A stretch of DNA of 60,622 bases, counting the filler, from Squatina squatina (Eukaryota): the NCBI GenBank assembly GCA_031763465.1. It is 4 parts of 4 records of this genome, joined end to end, with 100 filler letters (N's around TTAATTAATTAA, not from the genome) between each part and the next. Parts side by side here need not be neighbours in the genome. Positions count along the whole stretch, not along the records: positions 46,952 to 60,622 come from JARFOE010000080.1; 3 more parts are not named here. One strand, 5' to 3'. A program made the translations under genes and the position numbers. The notes under the pieces were generated by a model. The model saw nothing but the letters and a program-made list of their open reading frames with translations. It searched no databases and was not told the origin of the DNA. This document shows positions 49,774 through 60,622 of the stretch, in pieces. Position 1 is the stretch's first letter. Every line of letters starts with the position of its first letter.

Positions 49774-49889
49774 CAATCTTTTCACTCTGGCGACCATTTT
49801 TATCTTGTGTAAGTTGTAGATCAGTGGTTTTCAATGAGAGACGTCGCTGGGTTTCAGCAAGACTATCTTCTGCCTGATCCATTAATAAT
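49774..49889 (-). CDS. TSGA10: TSGA10 internal exon
   Basis: A 116-bp ag/gt exon: LLMDQAEDSLAETQRRLSLKTTDLQLTQDKNGRQSEKI, compare TSGA10 'DTQRHLAKKKYELQLTQEK...DEKI'. Confidence 0.82.
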
Positions 49890-50533
49890 CTGCAATGATA
49901 AATATTACAATGATATTGTTGTTGTTGAAGGCATTTCGGCAGTGCTGGTTTATTAACGTACAAATACTTTTGAAATGTTTCAACCCATACAGCAGTAGAG
50001 GCACTATAATAAGCATGTGCCTTTAGGGAGAGCGGGGCCAGCTACCAACCTCCACTNNNNNNNNNNNNNNNNNNNNNNNNNNNNNNNNNNNNNNNNNNNN
50101 NNNNNNNNNNNNNNNNNNNNNNNNNNNNNNNNNNNNNNNNNNNNNNNNNNNNNNNNTGCCAAATACCAAAAAATTGCTAAAATTCATGAACTGACATTTA
50201 AATTTTTTGTTGATCCGAGCCCCAGCCCAATTCCAACCTCTAAACTCAAGTCAAATTGAATGCAACAAACTTGCAAAGTCAGACTCAATAATATGAAAAT
50301 ATGTCTCTATTCTTTTTGTCTGATTATAGTTCATATTTCTTGACAAACAGAGAGCTACCTTTCTACAAGAAACCAAGTCAAGCTAGTAGAAATCTAATCT
50401 GATTAAAATCCTGAGCAAGCTTAGTTAGATTGAACTTTTTGGTCCAGTATAATGTTGATGGTTGTTACTAATATTACAATCACACTAAATCAGCTTCAAC
50501 TTTGAATCTGCAAAATTACATAGCACCACTTAC

Positions 50534-50599
50534 TGATCTGAGTTTTACGATGGCTTGCTCCAACACAACAATGTCCCTCTCTTGCTTTTCAATTTCAAT
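50534..50599 (-). CDS. TSGA10: Probable TSGA10 internal exon
   Basis: A 66-bp phase-0 exon with acceptor taatag and donor gtaagt: IEIEKQERDIVVLEQAIVKLRS, coiled-coil character. Confidence 0.55.
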
Positions 50600-51500
50600 C
50601 TATTATAAAGATATTCAATTATTATACTTCAACAATACAGTACCATCTAAAATTGGCTGTAAAATGATCACATTTGTTCCATGTATTTCAAGTAAGTGAT
50701 GCCTGCATCGTAATGCAAGTTAGGTACACCAAAAGCTAAATGCCATGCAATATATAGAGTCACTCACTCACCTTATGATGTATGTAACCTGCATTATGAT
50801 GTAAAATTAATTATGTAAATTTTCATTGCCTTTTAAGGCATGCATGTCCGTATAAAAATGAATTTGTTTCCAGTGCAGAGCTCCAACTAGGTTATATGCA
50901 GCTACTATAAACAGAATAAATTAATCCATGACTTAAGATTCCCTTGTTGGAAATAATATGACACTCCATAAGCTATTTTAACTATACTGCATATGCAATA
51001 TTGTCCATCTCACCCGACCTTCTGTTATGGCTCCTGCTATCTGATAATAAAGACAGGACAAGAGTCCTGGAGAAGTCTACGGGCATCCTAGTTTCCCAGA
51101 TGCAGAGGCATAATAGTAAGAAAAAAAGTGAGTGGGATACACCTATATTTAGTTTTACCATATTGTATCTGATTATAGAACAATAATAAGAATAAAAACA
51201 GACGGATAACTAAGCATCGAACTCAGCATCAGCTTCAGATACGACAACGGCACACGCAGCTGGGAGAGCTGTCCCACATACTTGCCTGACATAGNNNNNN
51301 NNNNNNNNNNNNNNNNNNNNNNNNNNNNNNNNNNNNNNNNNNNNNNNNNNNNNNNNNNNNNNNNNNNNNNNNNNNNNNNNNNNNNNNNNNNNNNCTTTCT
51401 AAAGTAGTATTGTATTTTTCTTTGCAATTAGATTTAAAGCAAAAAAATCAACTAGTACACAATCTACCTTACTGCTGATAAGTTCTAAATTCTAACCCAC

Positions 51501-51716
51501 CTCAGCTATTTTTATTTCATTACATGCAACAGCGAGTGCTAACTCTTTATCCTGTTCAAGCTTCACAGCTAATCGATCTATCTCATTAAGTTCCTTGGAG
51601 AGCTCCTGGTTCTTGTTTGTTAACTTCTTCACTTGGCGGGATACATCTTCTTTGCTTTGCAACAAGCCATGGATTTGCTTCTCCAAAGTATAATTTGTCT
51701 TCTCGAGCTGCTCAAT
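51501..51716 (-). CDS. TSGA10: TSGA10 upstream exon homologous to the CEP135 N-terminal half
   Basis: A 216-bp phase-0 exon: IEQLEKTNYTLEKQIHGLLQSKEDVSRQVKKLTNKNQELSKELNEIDRLAVKLEQDKELALAVACNEIKIAE, resembling CEP135 'LSNKNEKLCQELTEIDQLAQQLERHKE'. Confidence 0.78.
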
Positions 51717-52029
51717 CTGAAAACATAAAATAAAATTACTTTATCTTATAAGAAAGCCTCTTTCTGCTCTTTCAGCTGCGTTAGTGGTTCATTTTCTCTT
51801 GTTCATTGCTTTTTTTTGGTGTATGAATGTGCTGTGTTTATTTCTGAAGTGGCTGAACTCTTTGGCACAAGTACCAGCGGTAGTGGTGATGGTGAGGTGG
51901 AGGTCTGTGGAGGAAGTGAGGGGCATTGTGATAATTCAGTAATATTTATTCCCTTAATTACACAGTGAGGACATGTTGGGTATGAAGGTAAAATGCAATT
52001 TAACAGTGTTTCAAGATGTACTCGTGCCT

Positions 52030-52210
52030 TTACCTACCTTGGTCAACCCCGTGAGGTCATTAAACCTTTCTGTGCACTATGTGGAGATGGCCTTGACTGC
52101 CTGAGCCACTCCCTCCATAAAGTCTGGCTTCCTTTTTTGATTGCCCTTATCTCAACCAAAAGGACATCAACAGAAGCTTCTGAGAATCTTAGGCTCTTGC
52201 CACAGCAGAA
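52030..52210 (-). mobile_element. Decayed PIF/Harbinger Myb/SANT-like DNA-binding ORF fragment
   Basis: Minus strand gives RFSEASVDVLLVEIRA...LWRE and, after a frameshift, (K)RFNDLTGLTK followed by a donor gtaggt. This is the pattern of Harbinger-associated Myb/SANT proteins. Confidence 0.55.
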
Positions 52211-52803
52211 GCCCCCAGTGCTGCTCCTTCTTCTACTGCTTCTACATCTTCCCAATTGCCTGTGCTTTCAGTTCCTAAAGTAGCTGCAGCTTTTTAAACA
52301 TTATACTCCCTCTGCATGGTGGTTAAGGGCAGGAAGACCACAGAAACCCAACCCTGTGTATAAATTGAGGTCCCCCAGGAAAATGAAATGAGTTTCCGGC
52401 AGGTTAACATGGGTGGGCAGACATCCCGTCCCACCACTATCTCAGCAGGCATCGGGAAGTCCAGGATGCCGTGTGCAGTTTCTTATTATATCACAGTCTC
52501 TATACAGTTTATTTCTGGCACACTGCATACAGTTTATTTCAGTCTGTGAATAGTTTATATTATATCAGTTCTTATTAGTCTGTATACCCCAGTTTGCATT
52601 CTATTATGGGCAATTAATATCAGATAGTCCCTGAGAATCTGTCTTCCCCAAATCCACTGGGAACTACTTGGTTGTTATATGTGCTATGCACAGTTTATAT
52701 ATGNNNNNNNNNNNNNNNNNNNNNNNNNNNNNNNNNNNNNNNNNNNNNNNNNNNNNNNNNNNNNNNNNNNNNNNNNNNNNNNNNNNNNNNNNNNNNNNNN
52801 NNN

Positions 52804-53006
52804 TACCAGAGTGATGCGCACGGCGATGACATCACGATCTCCGGGCAAAGGAGATAGGGGCGCAACGTCCTATCGCCGCCGCAAACCTCCCGCCAAAATT
52901 AGAGGGAGTCAATCATCTCGCCACACCCAGTCAGTAAGTGGTCAGCGCCCCATTATCGCCCCTGGAGGCAATAACGGGAGGCACTAAGGAGGTCAATTTC
53001 TAGGCC
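52804..53006. mobile_element. GC-rich MITE-like element (Harbinger-like), right end
   Basis: Ends ...GGAGGCACTAAGGAGGTCAATTTCTAGGCC, the reverse complement of the element start at 9398. Confidence 0.55.
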
Positions 53007-53861
53007 ATTGCCTTTACTACTTGAGCTGTTCTGCTTCTCCCAATCTGTAAAAGATATAAATCTTCCATTATGACCACATTGTTTTTACCACCTTCTTCCC
53101 TGATCCCTGTATTTATACATCTCTCCCACTACATCACTACTATCAAGAGGTCTGTAGACAACTCCTACCAGTGACGTGCATCCTTCTTCTTCTATTACTG
53201 GAGAACCTTCTGGTCATGACACATTTTTTTAAGTAAAATTCAATAAATGTCACATTTTGAGATATTGTACAGAGTATTTTTAGGAAGAAAGATATTTGGG
53301 CTCTTATCAATCTCAGTTACACACATGCAAACAAACAGATGGGAACACTTGTGGGCTGGTACGAGTAAAATTACCATAAAAGCTGGTGGATTGTGGAAAA
53401 AAAATAATTTGCTAATGCCCTTCATGAAACGAAACTGGCCATCTCTTCATGGTCTGGTTTATATGTGACTCCAATCCCGCACTACGTGGTTGAATCTTAA
53501 TGTCCTCTGAAGTGGCATAGAAAGCCTCTCAATTGTGAAAAGAATTGATATAGAAGGCCAACCACCACTTTTTCAGGGCAACTAGTGATGGGCAATAAAT
53601 TTGGCCGAGGCAGCAATGCCCTCATCCAAAGAACATATTTTTTAAATGTTTATATTTAATCAGTCTACCTTCCAACCTATGGATTTAAACACAATCCATG
53701 CTGTAAACAAAATTTACACAATCTGTAAAATAAAAGATTTTCAATTTCCTCTGTTGTAGCGCAGAGCAACTAGTGTTGATATCAAACACTGCTGGAGACA
53801 GTGTTTGCTGTTCCATTCATATACTCAGACCTTGTAAATTTTATACAGCGTGCTCACTCAC

Positions 53862-53934
53862 CTTAGATCCAGATTTATTTTTCTTTGAAATCTCATTCCT
53901 CTTTCTCAACTGATTTCTGTCATCAATTTTAATT
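53862..53934 (-). CDS. Possible further 5' TSGA10 exon
   Basis: Strong donor AAG|gtgagt and an open frame IKIDDRNQLRKRNEISKKNKSGSK in phase with the 51716 exon. The acceptor is uncertain and no homology was recognised. Confidence 0.28.
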
Positions 53935-54329
53935 CTAATTCAGGAAAAGTAACATTTTCTGTGCTGGATGAGGATTCGTGTCTGCAAATGGATAGTGTCC
54001 GGACACTAATGGTAGGACACGCTGCGTCCTTTAATAAGGTTTGTTTGGATTCCATGGATACTGTAATAACCTTTCGTGGTTAACCTTGCTAAGGGGGAAT
54101 TCACATTTAACAAATACTGGCTGATCTCCATGATTGAGCATTTAATCGTTTATCATTAACTGAAGCATTCTGTGAAAGGCTGAGGTACATGGCGCACACT
54201 CAGCCATTGAAAGGAATAATTTGTTTCATGGCTTTCAGCTAACCTCTGATCTTTCTGGCACACAACACCACATGCAAAGTTAAAGACAGTAAGCATTATA
54301 TATCTGTGAAACTAAATCAGGCAGATTTG

Positions 54330-54695
54330 GTCAGAAACAGGCCATTCGGTCCATCTAGTTCATGGCTCCACACGAGCCTCCTCCCACCCCACTTCATCTA
54401 ATCCAATCAGCATTTATTCCTTTCTCCCTCATGTGTTTATCTAGCTTCCCCTTAAATGCATCTATGCTATTCGCATAGTAAAGAAACAATTTNNNNNNNN
54501 NNNNNNNNNNNNNNNNNNNNNNNNNNNNNNNNNNNNNNNNNNNNNNNNNNNNNNNNNNNNNNNNNNNNNNNNNNNNNNNNNNNNNNNNNNNNACTGAGTT
54601 GCATGATCAGCCATGATCATATTGAATGGCGGTGCAGGCTCGAAGGGCCGAATGGCCTACTCCTGCACCAATTTTCTATGTTTCTATGTTTCTAT
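54330..54695. mobile_element. CR1/HER1 3' ends in opposite orientations on either side of a gap
   Basis: aggccattcggtccatc... (minus) and gatcagccatgatcatattgaatggcggtgcaggctcgaagggccgaatggcctactcctgc + (tttctatg)n tail (plus). Confidence 0.8.
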
Positions 54696-54724
54696 TTGGT
54701 ACAATCTATAAATTTAGACATTTT

Positions 54725-55440
54725 GGGGCCGAAATTGGCTTTTTTTAATGTCCCATTATCGCCTCTGAAGGGCACTAATGGGGCATTATAAAAAAATGAC
54801 GTCCAGAGGCCTTTGTGCCTGCCCAGTTGAATTTCTCGGTAGGTCGGCACGTGACGTCACCAGGACGCGTGCCGACCCGTACCACGCAGCCGCAACGCCC
54901 TCGCCACTCCGTTTGTGTCCCACGGGGAAATTCGTCCGTGGGAGGCGGCCGCAGCACGGGGCGATTGCAGCGACAGTAAAACCTGTCGCTGCAACAGGGC
55001 CTTTAAAGGTGAGGGTGTCTGCACCTCCGACCACCATTTTTTTTAATCGGCCAACTTTCCAGTCGGCCGATAAATGGCAGCCCCTCGGCCAGATCGGGCC
55101 ACCATTGCCTTGCCTGGCTGGTGGCACGGTCGCCGGCCGCCCTGGTGACCTAGGGTAGTGCGTTCAGAATGGCCAGAGGCCCTCCCCTTTAAAGGAGATC
55201 CGTCTCTCCTGCTGACTTCAGTGTGCAACGTGCTGATGCGGCAACTCGGAGGCCAGTGCTGTGGCACTGAAGCCACGCCACTGGCGTCTGCCCCAGAAGC
55301 ATCCAGGAGCACGCTGCATCCCGCAGGAGCCCAGGAGCAGCAGATTCCGGGAGGATCGGGGTGGGGCAGGCGCTAGTGAGTGAAAAGCCGGCTCCTGCCC
55401 CATATGCGTTTTAAACGCAGCGCCAGGCAATTTTGGCCCC
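54725..55440. mobile_element. Complete 716-bp MITE, PIF/Harbinger-like
   Basis: Terminal inverted repeats GGGGCCGAAATTG ... CAATTTTGGCCCC (one mismatch) around a CpG-rich non-coding interior. Confidence 0.7.
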
Positions 55441-56535
55441 ATAAGGTTTCATATTGCAATTGATAGGGGACCGAGTCTGCTTCTGGAAACTGCCTCTTTG
55501 GGAGAAATGTGTGCATCACTGTTTACGCTGCGAGACTCTAAGAACAGTTTAAAGAAAAAGGGAGTAAACCTCGGTTCAAAAAAAGCCAGTGGATTTCAAT
55601 CCAAAATAGCTCAAATGCAGAGCCAGTTTTAATTTTAAAAATCCCTTAGATTCTTCCTCGTCTCAGCATGGCTCAGTTCGTAGCACTCTTGCCTCTGACT
55701 TGGATGTGGATTTTTTCCTGGACTTAAACATGTAACCTAGCCTTCGTTCATGCCTTTCATGACCCCAGAACGTCCCAAAGCATCTTATAGCCAATGAAAG
55801 TACTTTTGAAGTGTAGTCCCTGAAGGAATTTCACACTGAGTTCGAGAAGTATTAAACTTAAATAAAGCCAATTGCATAGGCATGAGGGGCGAGTTGGCTA
55901 TGGTCGATTGGGAAATTAGATTTAAAGGTATGACAGCAGATAAGATCAGTAGATAATATGATCTGAGAACTGACTGAAAAGTTCTTTCATTTATTTTTTA
56001 ATATTCTGTGGTTGGAAAATTACTGCATATTTAGAAGCAAGTCCATTATACAACCATTTTATTCTTAGTTAAGTATCGAGCTTAGCTTATTTTAAAATAG
56101 CATTAATAACTTTTGTCTTATTTACTCTGTCTTTCCCCTTATCTCTTTTTCCGCCCCGTTGTCTCTTCAGAGTCCACCAGAATATAGAATTTGCCCAGTG
56201 GTTCTCTTCCGGTCATGGAGGTGGGGCCATCCCAGACTCTATTTGGATGGCGCAAGCCCTCTATTAAACCTGCAGGAGCATATTTGAGCGGCACTCCGGT
56301 GTATAGATGGCGCTATGTTAGCCAGAGGTTCCTTCCTCTCTCGTTGCAAATGACCAACCGCAGATGAAGGTCTTCTGGGCCGAAGCAGGCATTTTGCTTT
56401 GCTCAACAAGAGAAAGCAGCGTAAAGGGATCAGGTGAGTGGATGTGTCTCACATCCAGTTTGCAGGAACGGGCTGTGATAACGTGTGCGTTGCATTTATG
56501 TGTTCCTGTTAGTTTGTATTTTGCAGCGACGTGTG

Positions 56536-57663
56536 ATGCCCTTGCTGAATGCTAGCCTGCGGGCAGTGTGGAGAGCGCTCTCCCCCGCTCGCTACACCAC
56601 TCTGGCCGCTTTGGATGACCCCCGGGGTGGTGCCCTTCTCCTGAAGTCCACGTCCACTGATGTCTACGAGAACCTGGCGGTGGAGGACTGGCTGCACGAG
56701 TACGTGCAGTCCCGGGACCGGGAAGTGTTGCTGCTCTGGAGGAATTGCCCAGCCGTGGTCATCGGCCGCCACCAGAACCCCTGGCAAGAATGCAACCTGA
56801 AACTCATGAGGGACCGAGGTGTCCAACTGAGCCGGAGGAGGAGCGGGGGAGGCACTGTGTACCATGACCTGGGCAACATCAACCTGACCTTCTTCACCTC
56901 CAAGAAGAGGTACGACAGGCGCGGGAACTTGGAGCTGGTCATCTCTGCCCTGAGGAGAATCCGACCTCAGCTGGACATCTTGGCCACGGACAGGTACGAC
57001 CTGCTGCTGAACGGTGCCTTTAAGATCTCAGGCACTGCCTCCAAGATTGGAAGGACCTCAGCTTACCACCACTGCACTTTACTTTGCAACTCAGACAAGT
57101 CTCTGTTGTCCTCTGTGCTCCGCACTCCCCACCAAGGTCTAAAAAGCAATGCTACCCCTAGTATACCCGCCACTGTGAAGAACCTCTGTGAAGAGGATCC
57201 CACTCTCACTTGTGAAGTCTTGATGGATGCCATTGCAGCAGAGTATACAAGGCGCCACGGCCTCCAAAACCAAATCATGCTCATTGATCCCAAAGACAAT
57301 TTGGCGCTACCAGGAGTTAACAATTTTACGCAGGAGCTTAAAAGCTGGGACTGGATCTATGGAAGAACACCCAGGTTCAGGGTCAGCCACTCTTTCTCTG
57401 TGGACCATAATGTATCTAGGGCAGAAGTGAAATTGAACATGAGCATTAACCGTGGCAGAATTGAAAGCTGTAACTTTGAAGTGTTGTCTGATTGGCTACC
57501 ATCTGCGATGTGTGACCAGCTCGCTTCAGACCTCATTGGCAACAAGTTTTGCCCCACAGAAATGATGGTTTTGGCAAGTGCCCATTTAAGGGTTTGCCCC
57601 CAGGACAATGAGCAGCATAACAAGTGGAATGTACTTTGTGAACAGGTTATGGCAATTATGTAA
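56536..57663 (+). CDS. LIPT1: Lipoyltransferase 1, mitochondrial (single coding exon, 375 aa)
   Basis: Motifs DVYENLAVEDW, VVIGRHQNPWQECN, RRRSGGGTVYHDLGNINLTFF, KISGTA, HHCTLL and WDWIYGRTP. Acceptor ttttgcag at 56526 just before the ATG, and an Arg-rich presequence-like N-terminus. Confidence 0.97.
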   Translation: MPLLNASLRAVWRALSPARYTTLAALDDPRGGALLLKSTSTDVYENLAVEDWLHEYVQSRDREVLLLWRNCPAVVIGRHQNPWQECNLKLMRDRGVQLSRRRSGGGTVYHDLGNINLTFFTSKKRYDRRGNLELVISALRRIRPQLDILATDRYDLLLNGAFKISGTASKIGRTSAYHHCTLLCNSDKSLLSSVLRTPHQGLKSNATPSIPATVKNLCEEDPTLTCEVLMDAIAAEYTRRHGLQNQIMLIDPKDNLALPGVNNFTQELKSWDWIYGRTPRFRVSHSFSVDHNVSRAEVKLNMSINRGRIESCNFEVLSDWLPSAMCDQLASDLIGNKFCPTEMMVLASAHLRVCPQDNEQHNKWNVLCEQVMAIM

Positions 57664-58039
57664 TTTTTAGTCTTGAGCGATTTTTGACGTCGACTCTCTA
57701 CATGCACCCTAGCAAACTTGAAGTTAACATGGCTGAACCTACCAGCTGATAGCTCAAATCAAGACAAAAAGCATCTAGTTTTGTGCAACATTTGTTCAAA
57801 GATGACTTTTAAAATTCATTGTACCAAGTTAGTAAAAACTGCAAAAAGGATCCAGGCAGTTTGAAGCAGTTATTTTCTTCAGGGAATAGGGAAGCACAAA
57901 GGATCTGTATGAGTGACGGGCTTGAATCAAAATAATGTAATTGGTGCCTATTGTTAGGAATATTTGAATTAACAACACATATATACATTTATGTACAGTA
58001 TGCAAAATGTAACTTTGTTGTAGTTGAAATCTATATAAT

Positions 58040-58180
58040 ATCTGGGTGGCAGTGTTAGCTGTGAGGAGGATGTTAGGAGGCTGCAGGGTGACTTGGATAG
58101 GTTAGCTGAGTGGGCAGGTACATGGCAGATGCCGAATAATGTGGATAAATGTGAGGTTATCCACTTTGGTGGCCAGAACA
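58040..58180 (+). mobile_element. CR1 LINE RT fragment
   Basis: LGGSVSCEEDVRRLQGDLDRLAEWAGTWQMPNNVDKCEVIHFG. Confidence 0.85.
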
Positions 58181-58523
58181 NNNNNNNNNNNNNNNNNNNN
58201 NNNNNNNNNNNNNNNNNNNNNNNNNNNNNNNNNNNNNNNNNNNNNNNNNNNNNNNNNNNNNNNNNNNNNNNNNNNNNNNNNNNNNNNNNNNNNNNNNNNN
58301 NNNNNNNNNNNNNNNNNNNNNNNNNNNNNNNNNNNNNNNNNNNNNNNNNNNNNNNNNNNNNNNNNNNNNNNNNNNNNNNNNNNNNNNNNNNNNNNNNNNN
58401 NNNNNNNNNNNNNNNNNNNNNNNNNNNNNNNNNNNNNNNNNNNNNNNNNNNNNNNNNNNNNNNNNNNNNNNNNNNNNNNNNNNNNNNNNNNNNNNNNNNN
58501 NNNNNNNNNNNNNNNNNNNNNNN

Positions 58524-58645
58524 ACTCTGTATCTAACCCGTGCTGTACCTGCCATGGGAGTGTTTGATGGGACAGTGTCGAGGGAGCTTTACTCTGTATG
58601 TAACCCACGCTGTACCTGCCCGGGGAGTGTTTGATGCGGACACTG
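58524..58645. repeat. About 65-bp tandem repeat (two visible units at a gap edge)
   Basis: actctgtatctaacccgtgctgtacctgcc.tgggagtgtttgatgggacagtgt.gagggagcttt repeated. I recall this unit as abundant in shark genomes. Confidence 0.75.
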
Positions 58646-60574
58646 GGTGCCTGAATTGGAAGTTGTGCCCTTCCACTGAACAACCCTCACGTTGAGGAGC
58701 ACAAAACAAAGACAACGAGAAACTTTCTGGTAAATCAAGGAGTATTTTACGCCTCAATTGTGATTTAATATTTATTTGAGTGATCTGTTTCTGGAATTCA
58801 GTAAATGGTACAGTGAGTAATGTGCTTTTATGCTTCACATGCATAGTTGGCTGAATTCAAAATGCAATGCTCTAAACCCGTCCTTAAAGGAAATAATTAA
58901 AATAATACCTAAAGTGCTGATATTAATTCCTCACTTTTTTTTTCATATCTCCAAGGTGCAATTAGGAGGCCAAATAAATTTCGATACACTTACATTCGAG
59001 CGCAGTCTTAATAAATTCATCCAACAGAAACCGAACAATGTTGCATGAACATTTGCAGCAGATACGGTCCTTTCCAATGCGACCGATCGATTCTAATCTG
59101 CGTGTCACGCAGTTGCAGAACTCGCAGCAAGCAATTTAGCACCTCGCTGCAGCACTGCGGCAAAGCTGTGCATGAGCGTACGCAGCACCCATGGGGAGGA
59201 CAGGGAGGTGGTGATTTTTGGCAACGAGGCAGTGCCAGGGGAATCCTCCTGACTTCAAAATGAATGCCAGTGGCGACGCTGAAGAAAACGCCTTGCAGCT
59301 ATTGATTACCAGCAAAATAAACACAACGCACGACAATTCAATACTCCGATGTATCACGCTGTTGCTATTAATAACAAATTGAATTAAACCCACCACATCG
59401 TTAATGCTGACCCACACTGATTATGTTACCCCAAATGCATTTTAAAATATCAATTGGATTTGAAAATCACGGAATGATGGCTGGCAGAACAGATCCCTTC
59501 AAAAAATGCCACCCTTTTTTAAAAACACAGCTGATTTTTTTTGAGAATTATCAGAATCAAGAGGCACATTTTCTTTTTAAAAGCTGCTTGGAGCTCAGAA
59601 GTCAACAGTAAGCCCCGGCTGAACAATCGGATGGGTTTGCTCCTGTACATTTAACGCCAAGATTGGTGCGATTCCAGTTCTATCACTGGTGGTGGAAGCA
59701 ATCAGAAATGATAAATTAAACATATTGCACGTGAGACACATGTTGACAACAATGAAGCATGTTGGCTGGATTGCTATTTTTTTTTAAACAGTATATTCGA
59801 CTCTGTTCAAAAGCCTATTGGTCACATTTTAGGAGCAACAAAATTGGACATTAAATAAAAAGTAGATTTAGAAGTGTCAGGGCATAACTATCTAATTTAA
59901 TTTTGTCTGATAAATTATGTTCATTATATACTGATCTGAAATTTTCCTTTCATCCATTTTATTTTCCTCGACCTTGAAACTGCCTTTTGTGATGTGCTAT
60001 TGTAACATTTTTTTAAACCTAAAAATTTCCGGTTAGAATCAGCCTGAGCTCCTGCTGCTAATCGCTACCTGGAAAATAATGCTACAAGTGCAGGTGTGAG
60101 TGAAGACGAGATTAGCTCTCTAATCTTAATCCAGTTTCTAGCGGGATGGACCGACAGCACAAATTTGTTCCTAATTTGGCATTAATGGGTAATCTCATTT
60201 AAATGCCACAAGAGGGAAGGTGTCAGAAATGGAAAACAAATAGTCGTGCTGCTTTAGTAGTGAGTGTACATCTGAGATTGAGGCTGACCACTTTCCACAG
60301 CATTATTGAGGAAGCTTTAATCTGCATCTAATCATGCCATATCACAATGGGGAGTGCTTGGTGCTGATACTAGGTTGCTGATATCACTAACACCAACATC
60401 CCTTTTTTTAAAAAGAGAATTATCAGAAGTTGCTTATAATTAGAGACTATTGATACCAGGATGGAACAGTTTCGGACCTAGCAGTAAAGGCAGGTAATTT
60501 CTTTTTTAAAGCTTTGGGGGATCTCATGTTTTACTGTTTATTTTGCTTACAGAGATTAAATTAAGGACTTCACC

Positions 60575-60622
60575 ATGTCAGAACCAATAACGCTGAATGT
60601 AGGGGGAAAGTTATACACCACT
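60575..60622 (+). CDS. KCTD21: BTB/POZ protein KCTD21, N-terminus (runs off the window)
   Basis: Acceptor ttgcttacag (60552), Kozak CACCATG, peptide MSEPITLNVGGKLYTT. Human KCTD21 begins MSDPITLNVGGKLYTT as I recall it. Confidence 0.8.
   Translation, partial: MSEPITLNVGGKLYTT

Noticed and set aside
54778-55442. GC-rich ORFs or a CpG-island promoter of LIPT1/TSGA10
   Set aside because: The region is bounded by terminal inverted repeats and related to other dispersed copies, so a MITE explains it better.
56485-56535. Upstream GTG start for LIPT1 given in the ORF track
   Set aside because: This stretch is the pyrimidine tract and acceptor. The ATG at 56536 gives the expected protein length.
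2414-58683. Long ORFs made mostly of X (for example 2414-2986, 32049-32804, 43181-44135, 58093-58683)
   Set aside because: They span N gaps and carry no coding evidence.

Overview
Vertebrate genomic DNA, most likely a cartilaginous fish (shark/ray) judging from the repeat content: CR1/HER1-type LINEs, Deu-type SINE tails, a 65-bp repeat typical of sharks, and GGG-ended MITEs. It comes from a fragmented draft assembly. Three artificial linkers (N44-TTAATTAATTAA-N44 at 13655, 29542 and 46852) split the window into four unrelated scaffolds. (1) 1-13654 holds part of the conserved TPM1-LACTB-RAB8B block (TPM1 exons 9a/9d, the LACTB catalytic exon, three RAB8B exons). It also holds an unexpected, apparently single-exon, divergent intermediate-filament gene between TPM1 and the LACTB exon, which is the most interesting item. 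(2) 13755-29541 is repeat-dense: decayed CR1/L2 LINEs, a 2-kb pyrimidine tract and a 67-bp tandem array. (3) 29642-46851 is TE-poor non-coding DNA with minus-strand exon-like segments and a long 3'UTR-like stretch of a gene I cannot identify. (4) 46952-60622 holds TSGA10 exons (minus strand, including a CEP135-like upstream exon), a complete LIPT1 coding exon, and the start of KCTD21. Gene identities come from recalled protein motifs and synteny, not from database searches. Many exons are missing, probably inside N gaps.
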